Assembly: GCF_006345805.1 (NCBI RefSeq)
Contig: NC_043013.1
Coordinates: 7,564,001 to 7,628,000 of the forward strand
Source: Octopus sinensis
Taxonomy: Eukaryota
Length of the DNA: 64,000 nt
Direction of reading: 5' to 3'
Shown here: piece by piece, positions 13,380 to 28,064 of the stretch
Layout of the letters: every line of letters begins with the position of its first letter
Position numbering within the stretch: the stretch's first letter is position 1
Notes under the pieces: generated by a model
The model's input: only the letters and a program-made list of their open reading frames with translations
Databases searched by the model: none
Told to the model about the DNA's origin: nothing
Made by a program: the position numbers and the translations under genes

Positions 13380-13380
<1 letters not shown>
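12333..13380 (+). mobile_element. SINE family A cluster with near-identical tandem duplication of about 315 bp
   Basis: One head, three bodies; spacer GAGAACAACATGATGTATGTGAG occurs twice. Confidence 0.88.
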
Positions 13381-13416
<36 letters not shown>

Positions 13417-13977
13417 AGTTGCTTAGCCACATACTGATTTAGGTTGGGATTTAGTATAAATAGGAAGAAAATTAATATAAATATACAAACAGTTGCACTT
13501 GCATCATACTGGTGATTATTTAATAATGATGTCCTAGCTCAGCTCAAATTGCTAAGAAGTTCTTAATAACCCTGACCAAATTCCAAAAGTGAAATATTAA
13601 GTGACAATGATTTTATGATTTGTTGAAAATATTTATCAACACATACAAGTTAAACTAAATGAGTAACGGAGTGAAGGACTAACTAGCCCTGGGAAATTTG
13701 ATATGAACAATTCTCTCATGTTTTATTGGCAATTAAGCGGGACAAATATGTAGATGTTAAATTTTATAATTGATTATGGTAGAAGGGATTGTGTCATTTA
13801 AAATCTAAATATTAGCAGTGACTGAGAAAAAATTTCTGACACCACAAGCGATAACATCCTAATGACATGTCAGGGGACAAGGGCATGATACTCTGGTTGA
13901 AAAAACAACCTGTAACTTTGATAATAAAAGGAAAATTCTATAAAATGACAGACAGAAGCTTGTAGTGACAGGTTTAA

Positions 13978-14200
13978 CTCTTTAGTATTCAGATTACTCT
14001 GGAAAATATAAAGTATATTTATCGACATTGATTTGAATTAATCATGCATTGTTCTCATAGCTTTGAGATTTCAATGATGCAATTGTTTGTTTTTTCGGGT
14101 GACATTGTTGGTAAGGTATGAGAAGCCAGATCTAGTTAGTTTGATCGTAAAACAGTTTGAATATGTGGGGAGGATATGGCCTGGTTTAAATGCTAAAGGG
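13978..14200. mobile_element. piggyBac-type MITE (family P2)
   Basis: TTAA|CTCTTTAGTATT ... AATGCTAAAGGG|TTAA. Confidence 0.75.
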
Positions 14201-15016
14201 TTAAAATCCTCCAGCTTTGAGGAGTGATGTGAATGCCTGACAGTGCTCCAAATCCAAAACTCTCATCTTGTCTATGCTTTGAAAAAGACTAAAAGATTTG
14301 TCAAGGTTATAAGCAGAGGAAATGTTTCCTTACACAGATATGCCATACTGGCATTCCTTTAAGATCATTGCCAAGGCTTCAAATTAGCAAATGAGGCAAG
14401 CTGATACCTTCACAAAGTGGATACTAACCATAGGATAGTAGATGAACCTTCTACCTAAGAACATCTGTTCCTCTCACAAAACAAGGAAGACAAGGTATGC
14501 CAATTTGGGTAAACACTCTATCAGACAAGGTATGGTCATCTGGTTGTAGCTCATAACTGAAACTGTATACTTGTCGTTCATCTCTGTCAAACCTTTTAGA
14601 AATATCTTTCTCTTGGTCCATTTCAATTGTCGCTTCATCCCAGTTCACTATTTGGAAGTTCAGACAAACCAAACCCCAAGCAGTATAATCAAACCATCCA
14701 GTGAGTAAGGACCTGCTGAGATGGGAGCCTACTGATTTCTCCTGGTTTGTTTTAGTTCTTGTCATCTCAAGTTCTACTAGTTTGAGACATGCCACCTTGA
14801 TTTCAGAGGAGTACATCACCTCCTATTACAATACCATTACATCACCTATTATAAATACACTGTACTCCTTCATTACACCTGAAGTGAGATATCACCCCAA
14901 ATTCTCAGTTTTTTCAGCCAGAGCCTGACTAGCAAATACATACAAAATCTTTCTAAAAATTGGAAAGATTGAATATCCTTCTTAACTTACCACAAACATA
15001 CAAATCAGTTCCTATA

Positions 15017-15247
15017 TATTTCTTTACTACCCACAAGGGGCTAAACACAGAGGGGACAAACAAGGACAGACAAGGGGATTAAGTCAATTACGTCAACCCC
15101 AGTGCGTAACTGGTACTTAATTTATCGACCTCAAAAGGATGAAAGGCAAAGTCGACCTCGGTGGAATTTGAACTCGGAACGTAACGACAGACGAAATACG
15201 GCTACGCATTTCGCCCGGCGTGCTAACGTTTCTGCCAGCTCGCCACC
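15017..15247 (-). mobile_element. SINE family B monomer
   Basis: 18-bp TSD TACAAATCARTTCCTATA at 14999-15016 and 15248-15265. Confidence 0.92.
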
Positions 15248-15762
15248 TACAAATCAATTCCTATAAGTGGCTGTTTTCATGGAATCTCAAACAGATGTTA
15301 CTATAAAAAAGCAGTCAACCATCACCTGATAATACAGTGTGATGCAAAAGTCACACACCAATATAAGTTCAATATGCTCTAGAATCATCAGTAAACATTC
15401 TCCAATTTTTCTATAATTGAATAAAATAAAATAACGAGCACACACGTACTTGGACATGATGAACAGAATAATAATAATAATAATGACATAAGAACAAACT
15501 GTCATATGTTTTGGTGCATGGTTTTTGGCTCAGCCTGTATGCTCTAAAATGGCCACTTACCAAATATTTATCGTTTGTCAGCTCACCATTTAAGTAATTA
15601 GATAAGCAATCTATTAGATAATTAACTTAATTAACTCTGGTGTATAATAATACGGAGCAATACTTATACGTACTGTGATTTGTCAAACTACGACTTTAAG
15701 TTGATTAGAGAAAATTAATGGGTGTTTTGCTGGTTCTAAGTTACGTACAGTAAATTGATAGT

Positions 15763-16260
15763 CATGACTGTGTGGTAGGCAGCTTGATTCCAATCCACAG
15801 GGTTGCAGGTTCAAGTCTTATTGTGTGGCACATTGAGCAAATGTCTTCCACTTTAGTCCCAGGCCAACCAAAGCCTAGGGAGTGGATATGGTAGATGGAA
15901 ACTGGAAGAAGCTCATTATATGTATATGCGTGAGTGTGTGTGTGTATGTGTGTGTGTGTGTGTGCACTTTGTATGTATGGTGTGTGTGTGTGCGTATGTA
16001 TGTGCATGCTTGTGTGTGTTTGTGTGTGTGTGTGTGTGTGTTTGTATGTATGGTGTGTGTGTATGGTGTGTGTGTGTGTGCATGTGTGTATGGTGTGTGT
16101 GTGTGTATGTACATGCTTGTATGTGTGTGTGTGTGAGTGTGCGCGCGTGCGTGTGGTGTTTGTGCATGCTTGTGTTTGTTTCCCACCACCGCTTGACAAC
16201 CAGTGCTGGTTTGTTTACGTCGCCATAACTCAAGAGCCCAATAGAATAAAAAATCAGGCT
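15763..16260 (+). mobile_element. SINE family A, diverged, with expanded internal (TG)n
   Basis: Recognisable head and CCGCTTGACAAC body. Confidence 0.7.
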
Positions 16261-16719
16261 TAACGAGTAATGTATATGTATATGCACATGTATGTAGGCA
16301 GATGGATATGAAAATAAACAGATAGACATACAGACGGATAGGTACATAGGTTATAAGAACAGACAAGCACACATACGCAAATGAAGACTGAAACACATGA
16401 CCATATGCACACACACTTCACTTCACTCAAGGACATATATGGAGACACACGTCCACACATATAGAGATGCACATCCATACATACAGACACAGTATATAGT
16501 CACAAAAATCCATACACATACACATGGACACACTCAGACAGGCACACACAAGGAGACAGAGGTGCACACACACACATAAAAATGCACAAACACACATACA
16601 CACAAACACACACACACATGAATATGCAAAATACATACATACAAACATACATACATACATATATACATGCACACATACACACATATATACATGCATACTT
16701 ACATACATAGATACATGCA

Positions 16720-16750
<31 letters not shown>

Positions 16751-16759
16751 GTACGTATG

Positions 16760-16798
<39 letters not shown>

Positions 16799-16990
16799 AA
16801 CCACACTCATGCACACAAACAAACAAAAAGAACGCAGCTTGAATAATGGACAGAGTCGACAGCTATTGAAAAAGTTGCAAGACACAATGAAAGTTTTTAA
16901 AAAATCGATTAGTAAATGAGTGGAAATTTTACCGGTGAGTGTGTTAAATAATAAGGCACTGAAAGAGAACAACTCTCCCCAAACACAACA

Positions 16991-17023
<33 letters not shown>

Positions 17024-17063
17024 CAATTCAAAGAATGAAAAAACAGAAAAAGCACAAACGAAC

Positions 17064-17310
17064 ATGGTATAATAGCCTTATGGGTCTAGGGGCATCGAAA
17101 GTCTAGCGGCTTTGTAGGTCTAGAGGCCTTGTGAGTCTAGAGGTCTCACAAGGCAAGGAGTGTCATGAGTCTAGGGGCTTCTTTCTGATTTACTGTCAAT
17201 AAATACTATTGGGCCCACTGCATTGATTTGTCAAGGAAGGACCAGGCATAGTGTTTCTCACACAGCCCTCACTGTTACAATGTAGGGTCACTGCTAGGTA
17301 AGACTACAGA
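17064..17310 (+). repeat. Inverted copy of the 18636-18850 and 18896-19135 segments
   Basis: Reverse complement match, e.g. TTCTGATTTACTGTCAATAAATA vs TATTTATTGACAGTAAATCAGAA. Confidence 0.85.
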
Positions 17311-18227
17311 TTAATTTGACGTTCGGCAAAAGAAGAGAGCTGTTCTTAAAGTTATGAGTATAGCTCTTTGTTGGAAACAGGAAAATCCAAAGAGAAAGAA
17401 GGCAAAATAAGGAAAAATTGCCAACAGTCCATGTGTGGTTACATTCCTGAAGTATATATACGACTAGCTTCTTTCAGTTTCTGTCAGCCAAATTCACACG
17501 CAAGACCTTGGTCAGCCCAGGACTAAAGCAGAAGATACTTGCCTAAGGTGCTATACAGTGAAACTGAGCCTAGAACCATGTGGGTGAGAAGCAAACTTCT
17601 TACCACACAGCCATGCTTGTATCTTTTCTTACCATGCATGTGTAAAAAGAGAGATCCTGGACTCACAAGATCTGGAATACATAGTACCCTTTACATACAG
17701 TACCCTAGGTGAAAATCTCTTGCTGAATCAGGCTTATAGCCATTGTTCCCTCAGCATGTCTTGGGGGACATGTTGCCCTAAAATTTAGGTTTAAAAAAAT
17801 TGTTTCCAAAGCTAGTAGTCACTAGCATAGCTAGAGTGTGTGCCATCTGGGGTGGCCCTTCAGTTTGTTGCCCCTAGGCCCCAACGAAAAATACAAATTA
17901 CCTACAGCACACCCAAAAGTGGTGCTACCCAGGGTGGACCTCACTCCTTCTGAACCTGCATCTATTTAAACTAGTGCTGGTAGTAGTAGTAGGAGAGTTA
18001 TTGAGAAAGATTTATCTGCTACATTGACTTAACAAGGTGACAATGGACACTGTTTGCAGCTTGTTGCTTTAATAAGAGAGGCTGTGGTTATTGTTTAACG
18101 CAAAGAGACTGAACCTGGAACCATGTGGTTCGTAAGCAAGCTACTTACCACACAGCCATGCCTGCACTTACGAAGAGGTACGCTCATTGGTTAATATCAA
18201 GGGAGTAGTGGCTGCAACATTAGAAGT

Positions 18228-19330
18228 GACCCTACATAGCAGTGCTCCTACCTAACAGCAGCCTTATCTAACTGCAGCACTCCTGTCTAGAAGCAGTGCT
18301 ACCCAGCAGTAGTACCATAACTAACACACTTAATAACACCCTATCTAGCAACAGTTCCACTTTCATGTATGCCAAAGTAGTAGCAGCAATCTTTAGAAGC
18401 AGCCCCCTCCAGAAGCAGCCCCCCTCTAGAAGCATCACTATCCAGAAACAATTCTATACAGAAACAGTCCTCTCTAGAAGCAGCCTTCTCTCAACGTATC
18501 CTCACCTAGAAGCAGCCCAGCCTTGAAGCGGCCCTATTTTGGATCAAGCCTACATGGTACCCCTGTCGAGCAGCAGTCCTACATAGCAGCAATAACCCCA
18601 TGTAGCAGCAATACCTAAAATTAGTATTACCTGTCTGTAGTCTTACCTAGCAGCGACCCTACATAGTAACAGTGAGGGCTGTGTGAGAAACATTATGCCT
18701 GGTCTTCCTTGATAAATCAATGCAGTGGGCCCAATAATATTTATTGACAGTAAATCAGAATGAAGCCCCTAGATCCATGATGCTCCTTGACTTGCAAGGC
18801 CTCTAGACCCGCAGGTCGTCTAGACCTGCAATGCTCCTAGACCCTAGACCAGCAATAACCCCATGTAGCAGCAATTCCTAAAATTAGTTCTTCCTGTCTG
18901 TAGTCTTACCTAGCAGTGACCCTACATTGTAACGGTGAGGTGTGTGAGATACACTATGCCTGGTCCTTCATTGACAAATCAATGCAGTGGGCCCAATAAT
19001 ATTTATTGACAGTAAATCAGAAAGAAGCCCCTAGACCCATGACACTCCTTGACTTGTGAGGCCTCTAGACCCACAAGAGCTCTAGGCCTACAAAGCCTCT
19101 AGACCTGCAATGCCCCTAGACCCATAAGGCCCTTATACCTATGAGATCCCTGGGAAACTACCCAGTGTGCTTATGCCTCAAGAGAACACTGACAACTGTC
19201 TTATCTGGCTACATCCCTACCTGGTTGCAGCCCTACCTGGTAACAGTTGTATCTAGTAAATCCCTACCTGGCAGCAGTCTTACCAAGCAGCAATTCTACC
19301 TAGCAACAGTCTCACCTGGCAGCAACCAAC
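18228..19330 (+). repeat. Degenerate minisatellite of about 16 bp (CAGCCCTAYCTAGMAG) containing a duplicated unit of about 264 bp
   Basis: Recurring units; AGCAATAACCCCATGTAGCAGCAAT at about 18587 and 18851. Confidence 0.7.
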
Positions 19331-19645
19331 TTAGAAGCATCAGCAACAAATGATACCAGGATCAGCAGCAACAGCAGCAGCACTGCAGCAACATCTCTTG
19401 TGCAGCAGTCGCAACAGCAATTCATTTCAATTCTATTCACATCGAAGATGCCTTTCAGGAATATTAATACAATACAACACAGACATGTAGTACAAAAGTT
19501 TCTTTGCAGTCCAAGATACAATAACAATCAATACATTACAAATATTCTTAATCAAGCCAATAATAAAACCTCTATCTGATTGCTTGATCTGCTAAAAATA
19601 ACAACCAAATTTCTTCTATTCACATTTTCCATCTTTTAAAGAGTA

Positions 19646-19952
19646 ATCATCATCATCATCATCATCTTCATCATCATCGTTTAACGTCCGTTCTCCATGC
19701 TAGCATGGGTTGGACGGTTTGACCGGGGATCTGGGAAGCCAGAAGGCTGCTTCAGGCTCCAGTCTTATCTGGCAATGTTTCTACAGCTGGATGCCCTTCC
19801 TAACGCCAACCACTCCGCAAGTGTAGTGGGTGCTTTTTACGTGCCACCCGCACAGGTGCCAGGCGAGGCTGGCAATGGCCACGGTCGGATTGGTGCAATT
19901 TACGTGCCACCGGCACGGAAGCCAGTCGAGGCGGCACTGGCATCGGCCACGT
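19646..19952 (-). mobile_element. Family C (RTE-LINE 3' end)
   Basis: (CAT)n-CGTTTAACGTCCG..CCATGCTAGCATGG..GGATGCCCTTCC. Confidence 0.85.
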
Positions 19953-20818
19953 GTAATCACAATGGATATTAGAGAAATTAATGGTATTAAGAAAGAAGAT
20001 ATGATAGACACAGCTGGAACAGCCTTGATCAAAGGTCTGCTTAAACAATAACAAACATGTAATCAATTATAATACAAAACAATATTCTGGGGCAGTTGTA
20101 TGTCTTGTAGGGCCATTGGTCTACACCTGAAAACTTTCTCTCCAATGCATAGATCTAAGCAAGACCAGTTGTTGCCCATCGATGCAAACTTTCCTTCTCT
20201 GTGCAGCTAATGTTGTCCAAGGTAAAAGCAAGATCCAGTACATGTTGGTACACGTGTCAACACAGATTTTGCCATCAGAAATAAACCAGACCCAGATTAT
20301 TGCAAAACATCCTACTACCCTGGGCTGGTATTTTAACTGTTGATCCCAAAAGGAAGAAAGCAAAGTCAACTTTGGCAGGATTTGAACTCAGAGCACAGCG
20401 GGGCAAAACTAATACCACAAGGGGCATTTTAGCCAACAATCTAATAAATCTGTCAATTCATTACCTTGATATAATGTCCAGTACTGTATTCTTTTATTCT
20501 TTTATTCTTTTATTCTTTTACTTGTCTCGGTCATTTGACTGTGGCCATACTAGAGCATCACCTTTAGTCGAACAAACTTTACCCCAGGACTTATTCTTTG
20601 TAAGTCAGGTACTTATTATATCAGTCTCTTTTGCTGAACCACTATGTTATGGGGATGTAAACATACCAACATCAAGCGATGGTGGAGAGACAAACACACA
20701 CACACATACATACATACATATATATATGTGAATTTATGGAAAGGTATCCCATAGAATTCAACAAATTTGTTAAAAATGGAGAAGAGAAGATGTTAAAATT
20801 TGTGAGAATTTTAATACA

Positions 20819-20910
20819 TGCATACAATCGTTTCAAACAGTGATATTAAAACATGCAAATTCATGGTAGAATAATTAAATTAATTACATATCACTGTTCT
20901 CCTCAGTGCA
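20819..20910 (-). ncRNA. Type I hammerhead ribozyme, intact core
   Basis: Minus strand: UGCA-CUGAGGA-GAACAGUGAUAU..AUAUCACUGUUU-GAAA-C(GAUU)GU-A-UGCA; 12-bp stem II, GUA triplet. Confidence 0.75.
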
Positions 20911-21414
20911 AGTTCATACTTTTTGCACTGAGAAGAACTCATAAGATAGTAGTCAACCCTAGACCATAGTAGAAGACATTTGCCTAAGGTGTCATGCAGT
21001 GGGACTGAAACCAAAACCATGGATTCGTATGGTCAACATATTTAAACATTTAAATATTCATGCAACAAACTCTGTAGATTATACTAAGTGTGTTATGAGC
21101 ATTTTAGAACTTGTAATCCACAATCTGCCTCCACTCAATGTATATCATATACATACGCATACACACTCCATGAACACCACACACACATATGTGTGTCTTT
21201 ATGTTTATATATATGTCCAACCCATGCCAGCATGGGAAACAGATGTTAAATGTTGATGATGTATTGAGACATCTCAATAGTCTAGTGACTATGACTTTCA
21301 TAAACAGCTTATGGAGGTGAGACAAGAAGCATATAGCTTCTTAAATCTTCTTTATATAGCTTCTTAAATCTTCTTTATCACCCTTCTTATGAGGTAAGAT
21401 AGTATTTGACTTGA

Positions 21415-21600
21415 GGCTAGGCCAGACATGTTGCAAAAATTCGCAAACAACTGATGGGTCTGTGCAGTTGCTGATTGGTATCCAAGAGATGGAAAAAGAC
21501 CACTCAGAAGGTATCCACAATGACAGGAAGACACTTTAGTTAAGTGATTTCGGACAAGATAGAAAAGATTGGAGCTCCAGATAGGCCCTGACCCAGAAGA
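21415..21600 (+). pseudogene. Decayed RTE-clade LINE 3' coding end
   Basis: ARHVAK...DWYPRDGKRPLRRYP resembles the RTE WAGHVAR..W.PR..KR.RGRP pattern. Confidence 0.5.
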
Positions 21601-21739
21601 CCTGTGATCAAAGGTGTGGTCATCTCATATTATTTTCAGGTTTGGGGAATCTTTGGGACTACTTTATTCTTCTCTTAGTGAAAACAATATGGATATGCAG
21701 TAGCCACATGTTGTCAACATTATCAGTAATATAGCTTAC

Positions 21740-21950
21740 TATAATAATCACCATCACCATCATCATCAGGATCATCTCAACCACCACCACCACCATAAAC
21801 TACAACAACAACAAAACACTCCCCTTCCTCCCCCTCCCTTCTCCTTCTCTTCCTCATTCTCACCATTTTTATCTTCACTGTCAATACTATCATTCCTTTC
21901 ATCGTCATCATCGTCATCATCATCATTATGGTCCCCACCTTCAAAATCAA

Positions 21951-21982
<32 letters not shown>

Positions 21983-22277
21983 GTGTCATCATCATCGTTG
22001 TCATTGTCATTATCTTCTTTGTCATCATCATCATCATCATCATCACCATTATCATCATCATTGACATGACTATTAAAATCATCAATATTATTGTTATCAT
22101 CATGGTCCTCATCCACTTCCTCCTCCTCCTCCTCATCATCATCATCCTCCTCAGTATAATTCACCTCTTCCTCATCCGCATCCTCATCATCACTATCTTC
22201 ATCTTCACCAAGAATGTTATCTTTTCTATTATCATCATCATCATCATCATTGTCAAAACCCTCATCATCAACTCCAG

Positions 22278-22308
<31 letters not shown>

Positions 22309-22439
22309 GTCGTCATCGTCATCAACAACATCATCATCATCATCATCATCATCATCACCACCACCACCACCGCTACCACCACCACCACTACAACCACCAT
22401 CATCACCATCACCCTCACCACCACTATCATCAACATTAA

Positions 22440-22470
<31 letters not shown>

Positions 22471-22527
22471 GTTGTCATCATCATCATCATCACTTTCATC
22501 ATCATCATCGTCGTCGTCATTATCATT

Positions 22528-22559
<32 letters not shown>

Positions 22560-22580
22560 CGTCATCATCCCTTTCATCAG
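21740..22580. repeat. (CAT)n/(CAC)n array
   Basis: Direct. Confidence 0.95.
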
Positions 22581-22998
22581 CTGTGTCATGTAATCAGTCG
22601 AGTGACCATTTTGATTAAGCAAAATCCTACTTGTATCATATCTATTTGATTGATTTTATGCAACACTGGAGTACAAGATTAGCCACAGAACAATTCATTA
22701 ATCATAGCTTCCCGGTGGACATTACACTCACCTCATCATCCAGCAATTTCAGTCAGTGTGTGTGTGTGTGTCTGTCTGTGTGTGCACGTGTGTGTGTGTG
22801 TGTGTGGTGTGTGTGTGTGTCTTCTTCCAATCTCCTTTAAACTAAGGATTCTTCTGATTTTATCATCAACGACAAGAGCATCCAGTTGCAAAATACCATG
22901 TTTAATGCATCCTCTTTGCAGGAAATGCTGCTGTTGTTGCTGCAGCTGCAGCCGCCACGACCACCTCTGTCACCACCACCACCACACCTCCTCCTCCC

Positions 22999-23047
<49 letters not shown>

Positions 23048-23215
23048 CTTTCAGTTTTTCATTGATTGTATATGAGATCAAACCTTTGAGGTAGTTTTTC
23101 GTTTACCATCTCAATTGTGGTCTTATTTCCCTAGCAGTCTGACCTTTTATACATTCATACACATATACATACACACACATGTATGTATATATATATATAT
23201 ATACATACATACATA

Positions 23216-23249
<34 letters not shown>

Positions 23250-23254
<5 letters not shown>

Positions 23255-23395
23255 GCGTTAGGAAGGGCATCCAGCTGTAGAAACATTGCCAGATAAGACT
23301 GGAGCCTGGTGGCAGTCTTCTGGCTTCCCAGATCCCCGGTCGAACCGTCCAACCCATGCTAGCATGGAGAACGGACGTTAAATGATGATGATGAT
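23250..23395 (+). mobile_element. Family C 3' end
   Basis: GTTAGGAAGGGCATCC...GGACGTTAAATGATGATG. Confidence 0.85.
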
Positions 23396-23696
23396 GTATG
23401 TATGTATGTATGTATGTATAGATGTCTTGTGATAGTGTGTGCAAATTCGTTATATGCGACAGAAGCAATATTAGTTTAAAACAGCAACCTGTGTATCATA
23501 CTCAAACAAACTCACTGTCTGAGAACCTAATTAACTGCAGTATTCATCCTGAAATAACACCTCTTATAGACATATAGAGCTAAAAAAGTACAGGAATTGT
23601 TGTTTACCTTCTCCCTTGCTGCACCAAAAAAAAAAACACACATAGAATTGCTCCTTGAAAGCACATTTACTAATTCATGCAAATTAACGATTCTTT

Positions 23697-23960
23697 GTGG
23701 CCAAGTGGTTAGACTGTTGCACCAATGATCGCCAGATCATAGATTTGATTCCCTGATCTGGTGGCATGATGCGTTCTTGAGCAAAACACTTCATTTCACA
23801 TTGCTGCAGTTCCCCTTTCAGTCAGTTTGTTGAATGTTGGCTTGCTCGCCTGGCCAGTGGGGTGGCATTATTTGAAGGCTAAAACAATGCAAAAACGCAT
23901 TGTGACCAGTGATGTGTAACAACATCAGCTAGCCTGGTCAGTCATGTGATCACATGATAC
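23697..23960 (+). mobile_element. Diverged tRNA-headed SINE (family D-related head)
   Basis: TGGCCAAGTGGTTAG A-box and CTTGAGCAAAACACTTCATTTC core, shared with 41150-41305. Confidence 0.6.
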
Positions 23961-24304
23961 TAATGTTTAACAAGATGCCAAATTTATAAAGATTTCAACC
24001 CAATTCTTCTCTAATTATGTTCAAATTCTTAAGCTCGCTACATACAATGTTTCCCACAGCTTTTTGACCCCGCCAAACCATAAATAAAATGGTGCAGTCT
24101 TGAAAGAGTAGGAAAATTACATTGTGATATAATTTCTTTTGAGATTTTTTCAAGTAGCGCAGTTATTATAAATTAACCCTTCCAAGTAGCTGTTTACTAA
24201 GTAGTACTTCTAAGTACTACTTAAAAGAACATATAATTGTTCTAACTACTAAACTAATTTTGATTGAGTTAAATTTATCTCAACTAGACTAGGAAGAAAC
24301 ACAT

Positions 24305-24503
24305 ATTCTTTTGCTTGTTTCAGTCATTTGACTGTGGCCATGCTGGAGCACTGCCTTTAGTCGAGCAAATCGACCTCAGGACTTATTCTTTGTAAGCCTA
24401 GTACTTATTCTATCAGTCTCTTTTGCCGAACTGCTAAGTTACAGGGATGTAAAAACACCAGCTTTGGTTGTCAAGCGATACACAAACGCATACACACACA
24501 CAT

Positions 24504-24566
<63 letters not shown>

Positions 24567-24726
24567 TACGATGGGCCTCTTTCAGTTTTTGTCTACCAAA
24601 TCCACTCACAAGGCTTTGGTTGGCCCGAGACTATAGTAGAAGACACTTGCCCAAGGTGCCACGCAGTGGGACTGAACTTGGAACCATGTGGTTGGTAAGC
24701 GAGCTTCTTACCACACAGCCACTCCT
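24305..24726 (-). mobile_element. SINE family A
   Basis: Reverse complement of consensus. Confidence 0.9.
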
Positions 24727-25445
24727 ATATGGCAAAAATATTAGAAGGATCATTGTTTGGTGTCCTCCTATCCAAAAGCAGATTCATAACCCGTCTGTTT
24801 CATAGTATGAAACCAGAGCTTAAGAGATTGGCTGTTGAAGAACACACAATTCTCACTCAGTCCTGATTCCAGAAGACATGAATGAATATATTACTATTGT
24901 ATCTAAATGTATTTATTACAAAAGCACTGATAAAACTAAATAAAGAACGAAAACAGAACCACTCCAATATATCAAAGCTACCTTAACTCGTATTATCTAA
25001 CACTATTACATAGAACTTTTTACATCAACAACGTGAACAATAACAAGTGCAACAACAACAACAACAACAACAGCAGCAGCATCGGGATGTTGTGAGTTGC
25101 TTGCTTATAGAAATATTACAAGGGTCACCTTTTGATCATCACAGGGATGAATGGCTGACTATCGCAGGGTTCAATTTATGACTGTGCAGCTCATTTAGAA
25201 TGTAGATCTATTGATGTGAGCTGAAGAGATATATTGAGAATGCATACACATGTGTATATGTTCATGCGTATCTGTATGTGTATGTGTGTGTGTGCGTGCA
25301 CGCGTATGTGTGTATGTGAGTGTGTGAATGTCTGTGTGTGTGTATTTAGATGGATAGATAGATTGATAGATACATAGAAATACATATACATATTCATACA
25401 TGTATACATGTGTGTGTGTGTGTGTATACTATATGTTTATATATG

Positions 25446-25498
<53 letters not shown>

Positions 25499-25939
25499 AA
25501 TATGTATTTACGAGTGTATGTATATGTATATATACATATATATATATATACACAAATATCTATTTACGAGTGTATATATGTGTGTGTGTGTGTGCATATA
25601 TACGTTCACGCACACTCATACAAACATACACACACACAAACATACACACACACACAAACATACACACACACACAAACATACACACACATACACACACACA
25701 CTCAAACATACACACACACAAACACACACACACACACACATTCATATACAGCTATGGATATGGATATTGTGATTCTGTAAAATGTTCTTCACAGTTGTTC
25801 TGCTTTTACGAGAGAGTTTTTTTTCTCTCCTTTATTTTCTTTTGTTTGTTTAATTATTATTTCTGTCATTGTTGACGTTGTTGTTGTCGTTGTTACAATT
25901 GTTGTAGTTACGATTGTTGGTAGCAAACAACAACATTGT

Positions 25940-25940
25940 C

Positions 25941-26006
<66 letters not shown>

Positions 26007-26086
26007 CAATAATAATAATGATGATGATATTGATGATAATAATAATAATAATAATGGTAATAATAATAGTAATAATAATAATGATG

Positions 26087-26149
<63 letters not shown>

Positions 26150-26328
26150 TAATATAATAATAATATAATAATAATAATTAATAATAATAATAATAATGAT
26201 GATGATATTGATGATAATAATAATAATAATAATGGTAATAATAATAGTAATAATAATAATAATGAATAATAATAATAATAATATAATAATATTAATAATG
26301 TAATAATAATAATAATAATAATATGATG

Positions 26329-26362
<34 letters not shown>

Positions 26363-26824
26363 TAATAATAATAATGATGATGAATATTGATGATAATATA
26401 ATAATAATGGTAATAATAATAGTAATAATAATATAATGATAATAATAATAATAATAATAATATTAATATGGTAATAATATAGTAATAATAATAATGATAA
26501 TAATAATAAGAATAATAATAATAATACAATAATAATAATGATGATGATATTGATGATATAATAATAATAATAATGGTAATAATAATAGTAATAATAATAA
26601 TATGATAATAATAATATAATAATAATATATATAATGGTAATAATAATAGTAATAATAATAATGATGATATAATAATAATAATAAATAATAATAAATAATA
26701 TAATGATGAATATTGATGATAATATAATAATAATGGTATAATAATAGTAATAATAATAATATGATAATAATAATAATAATATAATAATATAATAATGGTA
26801 ATAATAATAGTAATAATAATAATG

Positions 26825-26858
<34 letters not shown>

Positions 26859-26995
26859 TAATAATAATGATGATATATTGATGATAATATAATAATATAA
26901 TGGTAATAATAATAGTAATAATATAATAATGATAATAAATAATATAATAATAATATATTAATATGGTAATAATAATAGTAATAATAATAATGATG

Positions 26996-27032
<37 letters not shown>

Positions 27033-27178
27033 TAATAATAATAATGATGATGATATTGATGATAATAATAATAATAATAATGGTAATAATAATAGTAATA
27101 ATAATAATAATGATAATAATAATAATAATAATAATAATATTAATAATGGTAATAATAATAGTAATAATAATAATGATG

Positions 27179-27212
<34 letters not shown>

Positions 27213-27713
27213 TAATAATAATAATGATGATGATATTGATGATAATAATAATAATAATAATGGTATAATAATAATAATAAATAATATAATGATAATAATA
27301 ATAAATTAATAATGGTAATAATAATAATATGTAATAATAATAGTAATATAATAATAATGATGATAATAATAATAATAATAATAATAATAATTATAATAAT
27401 AATAATATGATGATGATATTGATGATAATAATAATAATAATGGTAATAATATAGTAATAATAATAATAATGAATAATAATAATAATAATAATATTAATAA
27501 TAATAATGGTAATAATAATAGTAATAATAATATGATGATAATAATATAATAATAATAATAATAATAACAATAATAATAATGATGATGATATTGATGATAA
27601 TAATAATAATAATAATGGTAATAATAATAGTAATAATAATAATAATGATAATAATAATAATAATAATAATAATATTAATAATGGTAATAATAATAGTAAT
27701 AATAATAATGATG

Positions 27714-27744
<31 letters not shown>

Positions 27745-28033
27745 TAATAATAATAACAACAACAATAATAATAATTATAATAATAATAATAATAATAATA
27801 ACAATAACAATAATAATAATGATGATGATGATGATGTTGATGATAATAATGATAATAATATTAATAATAATAATAATAATAATAAAAATAATGGTAATAA
27901 TAATAGTAATAATAATAATAATGATAATAATAATAATAATAATAATAATAATAGCAACAACAACAATAATAATAAAAATAATGATGATGATGTTGATGAT
28001 AATGATAATAATATAATAATAATAATAATAATG

Positions 28034-28064
<31 letters not shown>

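Noticed and set aside
14340-14990. 122-aa minus-strand ORF, possibly a LINE endonuclease relic
   Set aside because: Only faint motifs (IIGD, SDRVF) in different frames; needs a profile HMM search.
17820-17980. hAT-like MITE
   Set aside because: Termini too degraded and no 8-bp TSD found.
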